DNA of 64,000 bases from Ramazzottius varieornatus (taxonomy: Eukaryota > Animalia > Tardigrada), in the NCBI GenBank assembly GCA_001949185.1, contig BDGG01000001.1, positions 6,844,325 through 6,908,324 on the forward strand. Direction: 5' to 3'. This document shows, in pieces, positions 12,789-22,329 of the stretch. Positions within the stretch are counted from its first letter, which is position 1. Each line of letters opens with the position of its first letter. The notes below the pieces were generated by a model. The model was given only the letters and a program-made list of their open reading frames with translations, had not been told where the DNA came from and ran no database searches. The translations under genes were made by a program, and so were the position numbers.

Positions 12789-13046
12789 CTACTTTCCAGG
12801 ACCGAAGCGGTCGCGGCGGCCATCGAACCGTCCGCGACATTGAGCGCCCCCTCTTCGTCCTTCGCACAATCCATTCTGGAATCCGTTACGACGGCAGCAA
12901 ACCGTGATATCAATCCGTCGGTCATCGCGTCCACATTCCCTATCACAGCGGCGAACTCGCTCCGCGTCGACGCATCCAGGAGCCGTCATTGCCAGCAGCA
13001 AGAACAGCGCAACTAACGCACAAAAAGAAAGCTTTAAACCTGCCAT
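12789..13046 (-). CDS. Diapausin-like secreted six-cysteine peptide 2 (single exon)
   Basis: MAGLKLSFCALVALFLLLAM.. signal; ERVRRCDRECGRDDRRIDITVCCRRNGFQNGLCEGRRGGAQCRGRFDGRRDRFGPGK. Confidence 0.85.
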   Translation of the reverse strand: MAGLKLSFCALVALFLLLAMTAPGCVDAERVRRCDRECGRDDRRIDITVCCRRNGFQNGLCEGRRGGAQCRGRFDGRRDRFGPGK

Positions 13047-13851
13047 TGCAGTGAAAGAGGATGATGCCGAGGACAGCGGCGGAAGTTGGTACAAAGATCT
13101 AACCAAATGGATACTTGAGGTCGAATTGTGCTGAAAATAGAATATAGCTAATACTCAGACGGCGGGTAAACAGACAGTGTTTTTATGTCTGAAGAACTTC
13201 GATACAGGTATGCGGTACATGGCAAAGCAAACAACACGGCAGTTCCTGATAGGCCATCCGTAGCCCCGAGATGTTCTTCGAATTCAGTGTTGCTTTGATC
13301 GAGCAGGTGGGTTCCTACTAGTGTGCGATGCATACACTACGGACAGGTTCCAAGATTCAGTCAACTCAGATACCGCTTGTTCGAACCAATTCATCATAAA
13401 CAACATTAGTCATGTGACCGACGCAGATCCGGCATTTGTGTCACATCGATTTAGTCTGTCTTAAGCGCGGAAGATGCCTTGGTGGGATGAACTGTATATA
13501 CAGTACTTTTTGTACAGTACAACTGTTTCCTCTGTATTTTGCGTAGCAGCAGACATAACGCATGTTGGCCAGCGCTGTGTAGCTTAAAAGCCTTAAATCT
13601 CGTACGAGACTTTACAAACAGCAGTCTTTCCGGAAACGGGCCAGAAAACTCACTCCCGAACACCCACCATTCGCACTAAAACCCCATTAGATGACATTGA
13701 GAATAAAAGTGTGATGAGAGGAAGCGGTCCTAATGTTGGTGAACAGCATGAAATGACCGAAGAAGAGTTTTCATCCAGTTTATACATTAATTTCAAAACC
13801 AAGTTGTGCACGTTTTTCGTGAGAGGCTGAGCCGTCTTGTGAAATTGAAGA

Positions 13852-14124
13852 TTAGAATATATCTGGAACGTTATCATATATCCAGAAGGGGGGACGGCGT
13901 GATCGACGACGTCCACGGCATTGCGCACGTCTCCCTCTTTGACAGAATCCCCGGTCAAAACCTTGCTGACGACAGCAGATCCTAATATCGACTCGCCGAT
14001 CGTCCAGTCCGCATTGTCGGTCACAACGACGAACTCGTCTGGTGACAGTTCCGGGATACTCAGCAGTGACAGTCAGCAGCAGGAAGAGCCCAATGAACAG
14101 GAGGGCGGACAACTTTACAAGCAT
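13852..14124 (-). CDS. Diapausin-like secreted six-cysteine peptide 3 (single exon)
   Basis: MLVKLSALLFIGLFLLLTVTA signal; RRVRRCDRQCGLDDRRVDIRICCRQQGFDRGFCQRGRRAQCRGRRR; TATAAA on the minus strand at 14289-14294. Confidence 0.85.
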   Translation of the reverse strand: MLVKLSALLFIGLFLLLTVTAEYPGTVTRRVRRCDRQCGLDDRRVDIRICCRQQGFDRGFCQRGRRAQCRGRRRSRRPPFWIYDNVPDIF

Positions 14125-14342
14125 TTTTGACAACAGAAAGCGACACAACAGAAGCTCTGGAATAACTTCGACCAGTTTGGAAAAATCAGTAATAGAGCAC
14201 GAAGTGAAGACTTTGATCAGACTGAAAGCAAGTACAGTACAAGTTGACTAGTGAGTGTAACCCTGGGAAATCAAGAAGCAAGGTGGTATTTATACCAGAT
14301 ACATATGTTAACAGTGCGGTTTGAAATGACTTGGATGAATAG

Positions 14343-14507
14343 AGTATTCCGGTATTCGACAGACAAAATTAACGGACTTAACCGCCTAAATGTTAATTCT
14401 ATTGATCCCGGATGTTTTTCAGAATGTATAGCGTATTCCGGTGTTTGACAGACGAAAGCAACGGAACCAACCGCCTAAATGTTCTATTGATCCCGGATAT
14501 CTTTTTA
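14343..14507. repeat. Two imperfect tandem copies of an ~89-bp unit upstream of peptide 3
   Basis: gtattccggt..gacagac..aacgga..aaccgcctaaatgtt..ctattgatcccggat occurs twice. Confidence 0.85.
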
Positions 14508-14780
14508 CTACGTCACGCAAAACAAATGCATAGTTTTGTATTTTTGACAAGATGGAAATTTCTGCATCGTGCACTGTATCGTGCTTCAGTATGGTATCGG
14601 CAGAGCTACACAGGCAGTAAGTAGCGCAGCGGAAGACCTGTTTTCGAAATATCACCTTTAGTTCCGCCTTCGGCAGCATAGGCACTAGGCACAAGTTTTG
14701 CACCGCTGCCGCAGTGATAACAAGAGGATCACAGCAGCGCGCGCAGTGTTCCACACACTTAGTTACTCCGCGAGATATTT

Positions 14781-15006
14781 GGGCTCTGGGCAAAGCTCTT
14801 TAGCCGGATGGGGTCATGGCGTAGAGGCACAGATGATGAAAATTCAGTAAAGACCAGGCCAAAGCGAGGGAAAGGTTTGGGGCCGCAATAATGAAAGCCA
14901 ACGATTTTCAGTTTCGGCCACAAGCCCCAGCAGCCCTTGTTGAATTTCCATTCGCTGTGCCTCTACGCCATGACCCCATCCGGTTGAGGAGCTTTGCCCA
15001 GAACCC
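14781..15006. mobile_element. Hairpin MITE with GGG..CCC termini and ATTT duplication (Sola-like)
   Basis: ~65-bp arms including the perfect 29-bp ccggatggggtcatggcgtagaggcacag and its reverse complement; attt on both flanks. Confidence 0.8.
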
Positions 15007-15616
15007 ATTTTTGAGTTCGTCCAAACCTGCACATATAATCCAAAAAAGGTGGGCTTCGGATGCGCATAGGCCCATCAAACCACTGCATGTCAGCTTGGAA
15101 GCTGACAGACGAGCTAGGTGATCGATGCTACTGGCTGCACTCGTATATTCTTTCTTGTCTGCTTCATCCGGGTGCTGGCCACTGCCCGCAAAATCTTCTC
15201 TAGGTGCGGCTTCATCCGACCGACAGCTGCAAAGCTCCATCCTGAGCCCCATATCTTTTACCATGCCAACCAGTGGCAGTTCGTCTACTACCGAGTTACC
15301 ACTATTGCATATGCTCAGACAACAAAAAATATCCAGTTCAAAAATCGTCCAGTCCATGTTGCGATCTTTAAGTTTTAAAGTCCATCTCCTAAAGATTCTC
15401 ACGCATACGTAACGTACCGCTACCTAGTTCGACTACTGGTCGTTCACCACCGACACTTGCAGCGGTGCATTGACTCTTTCAGATCCTAATGATGCGCATT
15501 GACCAGTTTTCAATCTAATAGAGAGCAACGCCCAAATCATTCGGCCTGGGTATCGTAACACTGTCGCTGACTAACCAGTGAAGGTTGCAAACTTGCGGTA
15601 CGGTAGTAACGGTACC

Positions 15617-17213
15617 ATGTATCAGCAACCAGGAGTACAATACGGCCAGCCAGGCATGATGATGCCGACGCAACCGATGATGGCGCCCTCTGGCCCGGCA
15701 ATGACGGGTCTGAGCAGTATGATGACATATCCACCTGTTTCGTGGATGCCTGCCCCGCCACCAATACCCGGCGTACCCCATGGTCTGGAATACCTCAACA
15801 CCCTCGATCGTTTATCAATAAGACAGCAAATAGAAATGTTAGAAAGTCAGTATTCATCGGTAGAACTCGTTATGCAACAAAACTGCGAAGCATCCTACTG
15901 ACAGAGACTGTTGCTTTCTAGTTTTTATCGGCTTCGAAACGACAAACCGATACACAGTACTAAACGCCATGGGTCAGTACATGTTTGGAGCAGCGGAAAT
16001 AACCGACTGTTGTTGGGCCCAGTGTGGTCCTGCCAGGTCATTCAACATGGTCATCATTGACGCGATCGGCCGGGAAGTTATCCATCTTATCCGACCATGC
16101 CGGTGCTCTTCCTGTTGGTGCTTTTGCTTCCTGCAGGTGAGCTATATTGAGCTTATAGTGAGCTTCTGATCCCGGTGTCACACTTTGTGAAGAGGCGTGT
16201 GGATCTTGTAGGAAATGGAAATCCAAGCGCCAACTGGGAACGCTTTCGGTTTCATCGAGCAAGAATGGACGTTGTGGGTACCCAAGTTTCGCATCATGAA
16301 TGCCAATCGCGAAACCGTCCTCCGAGTAGAAGGTCCCTGTTGTACGGTGGCCTGCTGTGGCGAAGTGGAGTTTTCAGTAAGGATCCGTTGATCTCTTATC
16401 AGTTATCTTTATTCTAAAACTCGACGAAGACGAGGGGTGTAACAATCATAATGCCTTGCCCAATGCAGTTTAATATGCTGTAGATTGTTACTCCGACGGA
16501 CGGTGTAGAGATCGGCAAACTGTCCAAGAAGTGGTCAGGTTTCGTACAGGAAGCCTTTACTGACGCCGACAACTTTGCTATCTATTTCCCAGTCGACCTC
16601 GATGTCCACACCAAAGCGACGCTCCTGGGACTGACCTTTCTGATAGTAAGTATAAAAACCTTTACGCGAATGGTATCAGTACGCGATATTGAAAAGGCAA
16701 CAGAGTTAGCTCCTAGCTCAAAAACGGGTCGTTGCTGAAGCCTCAGTAATTTATCAGCGGAAGGAAGTAAAGAAGGCTCAGCCGTTTTGCTGTACCATCG
16801 GGCACTTTTGAAGTCGAGCTCATGATGCTCCTTTTTGTTCTGAACGAGGCCCCCTTACCTTGATTGTTTTTTTATAGGATTTTATGTTCTTTGAGAGAGC
16901 GGCAAATCGCGAGAACAGTCCTGCGGCCCGCACGATGGGTGGCGGCAGGCATGGCCACGGTGGTATGCATGGTGCTGGGATGCATGCTCCCATGCACTCT
17001 CATTTCTGAGCTTTCCAGAATCGCCTGCAAAATATTCAATGGTAAAGCAAAACGACGAGATTCTGCCGCCTTGTTTTTCAATTTCGTTGACAAATACCAA
17101 TGTATTATATTGTCTCTTTCAATTGCCTAACTTTCTCCTTTCCTTCACAGGACTACATGTACTTCGAGAAGAAAGCTTCCGGCGGAGATCTTGCTCTGAA
17201 CGTCCTAATCTAG
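15617..17213 (+). CDS. Phospholipid scramblase family protein with two alternative terminal exons (stops at 17009 and 17213)
   Basis: Pro-rich N-terminus, [22 protein letters not shown], Cys cluster [24 protein letters not shown], Ca-binding [29 protein letters not shown]. Confidence 0.92.
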
Positions 17214-17712
17214 ATCTGCCCGCATTTCCGAGCACCCGGTTTTTCGGAACTGCGCCACTAGACTTGTCCGGCAGCCCCCAGTTTGATCTCGCAGTTGCGC
17301 ACACCGTCTTCCTGCATTTTGCCGAAGTGTTTCCGCCACCTTGGAAAGAGCCTAATATACTCGACTGTATGATCTTATGCTCGGACTCAATCGCAGCGGC
17401 GAGCAAAAGTACTACGTTCTATTCAGTCTAGTTCTTCCCGCTTGGACTGCTGTCACATGACGTGCTCAGAGTTTTAGATCGTACTGTGACCTCGGACAGA
17501 AACTCTGGTCTCGTCAGACACTTACCTTAAAACTGTACAGTACAATTCCTGGTTGGATCATTCCGCCACTGAGTGCATCTCATCCGGTCGCTATAAATCT
17601 ACCAAGCAGCTCAGAGACAAGGCTAAGAACTGGTACAACTTACGGACCGAATACGACAAGGAGTCGTCAGCCGTGTCGCAAGACTATTTGTACTTACTTC
17701 AGAATCCCTGTA

Positions 17713-17905
17713 CACGCACAACGGGAAGTTATAGTACAGCAAAAATTATGGAACACGCGGAAAGGACGGCAAAATGGAAATTCGACCGTAGAAAACTGTC
17801 GAAAAAAAGTTTAAAGGTGAATCAGTCGCGTACGTACGTTTTTCCGTACCGCCGTAGCGAAAAGGCCTGCCCATAATTTTTACTGTCCCATCGTTTCCCT
17901 ACGTG
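17713..17905. mobile_element. Family A MITE copy 2 (opposite orientation)
   Basis: Same TIRs and internal sequence as 2939-3134, TA flanks. Confidence 0.8.
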
Positions 17906-20900
17906 TATTAACCAGAAGCTTTCTGGAATAGTAAATTTTTCTTCACTGTGCCGGCAGATCCTCTTCGGTTCTTTTGATTTCAACGTATGTACCATCCATC
18001 CTTCGTAAACCATCTAATATCAGTTCAAGGCACTATCTAGCTACAGGGTACAGAGTACTGTGGAGTCGGACTGAGATGGGAGGCTATGCGTACAATGCAG
18101 TTGCTTGTATGGACTCTTCCAGCGTAACTTTCTTCGAAGACCATGCTGGAACACAGATAGGTCCAACGTAAAAACTTAAACGTTAGAACTGAAGGAATTT
18201 CTTCTGTTAGCCTGCTTACCTGGTGACAGAAGTTTTTCGTTGATAATGTTGGCCGTCACACGAGCCGTATCGCCCAGGACGATTTCCGAATGGTTGCCGG
18301 TTACGAAAGTGTAAACGTCCGGCTTTACAGTACAGACCTGCAAAGATTTCCGATACGTTCTTGATTCTTTGGAATACAGCAATCATAAGTATCAAACTAG
18401 CGCAAACATGCTCTTCATCTGATATCACACGACAATATCCGGGTTGGAATCGAATAATTCGGGTCACGCGATGAATGGTTTTGACTATCCTACCTTTGCG
18501 AGTTCGAAGTCATCGCCAACTGTTCACACCATCTTCTCGGAGCACTTGATCAGCGTAACTGGTCCGGTATATTTTCTTGATGGTTTGTAAGAATCCGCTG
18601 CCATCATCCTTAGGGTAAAGAGTCTTGCAGCTTCCGCAAGGTCGCTCTCTGGCGTGTAGCGAAAGTCCACGCAGCACTTCAGTTCTAGAGCGGCAATCTG
18701 CACCTTCTTCTCAAATGTTTTGGCCCGTTCGAGCTTGCTTGTCAGCTAAAACAAGAGGTTGGGGTACACTCAATGCATGAGTGTATCCCTCTAGCGTTGT
18801 CACTATATCGCTTGCGCGCGTACCTGTTTGCGCTGAGTCACTCATAAGCTCACTCATAAGCGCAGCAGCTGATCAGAACTTTGAATAGTTGGGCAGCCAC
18901 CATGCTTCCCAATGCCAGCCAACCGTAACTCCGAGTACGCTAGTTTTCGAAAATAACGGGAGCTCCGGAAAGCAAAATGTAGTTACACGTCACGAAAGGG
19001 GCGGAGCAAGGCCGTAGCTACAGTTGCAAAGTGAACGGGAGTGGCAACTTAATCTCTATAATGTCGGGACAGCAGCTCCAAAGAGTCAACGTTGGTATCG
19101 GATGTACAGTTGAACCCGTATGTGGTGACGCGTAGGTGTTTGCCAACAATTGCAGAGAAGGTAAGACCGAGCCTTCCGTTGGATGGACAAAGAACAATAT
19201 CTGCTTGGATTTTGGAACTTGGCACAGCTGAACAATCGACTGTTTCGGAACGATACAGTTTAAATCGTAGTGCTTGTATGCCGTATCGACGATGAGGGAC
19301 ATACCGTCGGCAATCTTCGAGTATACCTTGGAGGCGCTCAATGCATTTGAGGTGTTGGACAATAAATACATGTCTTTGACGAATAGTGATCCGAGTTCCT
19401 GAAGCGTCAAGGACAGACCGAAGTCGCGCTCCAGAACTAACCCGAGCTCCATCGCCATCAGCGAATCGATACCGCCAAAGACAAATCTTGATCCAACTTC
19501 CTGAAATCTTTGATACCTGATAAACGAAACAGCTTTAGTACTTTCAATGACTGACGCAGCTGTTTGGTACGGAAGAAAATCTGCATACCCATGATTTTGC
19601 CCACGGTCAGCGGGAAGTGTTGGAAACGTACTGTAGGTTGCTGTTTTTCTTTTGCTCAGCGTTCTCCTCCATGGCTAGCTTAGCCGTCCTTGGTGACGCC
19701 GTGTTCATAGCTGTGTGTTCGGAAATTGTCCACTTCAAGCCAATTACCCTCCAGACCTGGTCCGGAGACCCGGCCGTCCTGCTGGACCGTGATGGGGAGC
19801 CCGGAAGCACTCGCTACCGCAGCGTCAATGCGGAAACAGTCCAGCTTCAAAGTCCCAATGGAGTGAATGGACTGGACCCGTTCAACTGTAGGCTGATGTT
19901 GACTCAAAGATGGCACGGGAAGACACCATCGACAAGTGCCTCGCGATTACCTTTCAGCGTACCAGATACGCGGTTCTTTCCTGCATGAACCAAACCAAAC
20001 GGTTAAGCCCTATACTTCGTACGTGCGCCAAAAACAAGCGGAAAAGTGGTTGATAAATCTACGGTGACGCATGCTGGACTACTGGACGGATGGCGCTGAG
20101 TCTGACTGCTTTACCCACGATACCTTGGTCAACTGCAACCGCATGGAGTACATGGTAGTATCGGCCGTAATCATGGCCGCGATGAGAAAGTTCCTCGTAC
20201 ACGTTGTCCACTTTTTTCCACAGCACATCGTTTTCCAATGTACGATCCTCAGTGGGAGCAGACGGGACCAACGCAGCATAACTGGTACAAACGACATCAT
20301 TGCCACGGACCACATCACAGTAACCGTTTGACTTGGCAAAGTGGACGATCAGCTCAACTGTAGAGATCTTCAGGCTGATGCCCATGGGTTCGCATAGGAA
20401 ATGCACATCACTGAATGCACATCACTGCAATGCTCGGTCTTTCGTTTCGTGCAGCCACTTTGCTTGTAGAACTCATTGGCCAGCAGGTTTATTAACCCTC
20501 CCAAGGGAAAGACAGTCTGACCAGCAAATTTGTATTGGGAGTAATGGTGATTCAATGGATCCAGTAGATCAACTTTGATGGTGTTCTGTGCACTAGAACA
20601 CCGTTTGTGGATAAAGTCCGAAAAGTGTGGTGTTCGCCAGTCTGCCGAATGATCCCACTGGACGGCAGGACCGAGGAAGGGCGTATCACGAGGAGCGGGC
20701 AGACTAGGTATGGGGTAGAGTTGCTTCACGTCCGGATGCAGACCTCTGACGTACAGCTGGCCAAGGACCTCGTAGAGATGTGTTAAGGCGCTGGCCGAGT
20801 TGTGGTCCATAAGGGAAACCGAACAAGCCTGTGCACTGGCGCCGCTGATGGTTTGCTGCATGAACTGTTGTAAAACACCGTGCGGCGAAACTTCTATCGT

Positions 20901-22329
20901 GACCGCCTTGTCTGGTATGTTCCCTGCTACATGTCTAAATTGAACTGGGGAACGAAGATTATGAGAAAAGTAATCGGCAGACGCCAGTCGCGCTTCAGTC
21001 GTTGACCAGTCGGCTTCGGGAAAGGCTGAACTCAGCCATCGACTAGTTCTTGCTTTCGGCTCTAATATTACCTACAATAACAAAGAATAGCGTGGCCAAG
21101 CCTCAGTCAACAAGAAGTGTGCGATAATCACCTTCTGTAGAGAAGTGTGACATTTTACTGGGGCTTTTTCCATGTATGGTGAATGGTATATCCGTCGCAA
21201 AGGGGTCAATCGTGCCAATACGCATCTTTTCGGTTTCAGTTTCTCCACCAACTGTCCGATACTGTCAGCAGGTCCGGACGAAGTCACACTTTCCACAGAG
21301 TTGCCATCGACAATCCCTATGTCGGGATATTGTCCGATCAATCATTCCGCCTTTCTCAGACTTAATCCAACTTCCACCGTGCTATCGAGTGGCAGCTCCG
21401 ATTCCCTGATTGACAGACCAATATGGTAAACAATGAGCATTGCCTGTTCCAGCGTGATACAGCCGTCGGCGTAAGCACACCCGATCTCCCCAGTGCCGTA
21501 ACCGATGATACCATCCACAGGTACCTTTAGAGTCCGAAGAAAATCCACCAACGCCACCTGGATCGCTGTTATGCTCGTCATCGACACCGTCGGGTCGTGG
21601 AACGGTTCCGCGCTTTTGTGGCTCAGGATGGACAAAAGATCGAGGCCAAGTGGCTTCAGGACCGTTGCGCAGCGTTCGATTGTGGTCCGGAAGGACAGTA
21701 GCTGTAGGAGCTCAGCACCCATAGTCGGCCATTGACTTCCTTGTCCGCTGTACGCAAAAAGTATAGAATCAGAACCACAATGAACGATAGTTCAGCAAGA
21801 ATACAGACTGTGAAAACTCAGCTCGAAAAAATCTCACCCGAATATCCACCACACAGGTTTTCTACCCAAAGTGACTCGATCAACGACGATTGGTGGATTT
21901 TCCGCGTTGAGGATTGTGTATCCTCTTTAAGGCATGGAGGCCGGCTTGACGAAAGTGCTTTGCATCAGAAGATAGGGGACATAGGGATTCTTTGGAAATT
22001 TCTTGATGAAGTCCATTGCATGGTGCGCGGCTTGTTCGGTTCTTCCCATGCAGACAATCAATAGCGATTCCGCTACCTCAATCCCTTTTTCCATCACACG
22101 TGGGTTCCCCATTAAGACGTGATGAGCATTCTGTCCGCCAAAACCGAAGCAGTTTTGTCCTGCCAAAGTGGCGGTCCATCTTGTCGGCTCGGTGACGACC
22201 TGTAGGCGACCATCAATCAAGGCGGGGATGCGCGGGTTGGGGTTGTTGTAGTGCAGGTTGGGCGGAATGATGCCGGTTTGCATGGCTATGAGAATCTTGC
22301 ATAGCCCAACCGCACCTGAAGCATGCTCA

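Noticed and set aside
12789-12830. RFamide neuropeptide in the tail of peptide 2 (DRFG)
   Set aside because: RFG is followed by Pro rather than a basic cleavage site
9755-14130. Plus-strand ORFs over the peptide genes (9755-10036, 12675-13016, 13921-14130)
   Set aside because: Antisense shadows; the minus-strand frames have signal peptides and conserved cysteines
14419-15412. ORFs of 124 and 164 aa between peptide 3 and the scramblase
   Set aside because: They overlap a tandem repeat and a MITE and show no family motif or convincing splice structure
18838-18861. 12-bp tandem duplication tcactcataagc
   Set aside because: Simple slippage within the decayed FAS-like gene, with no further structure
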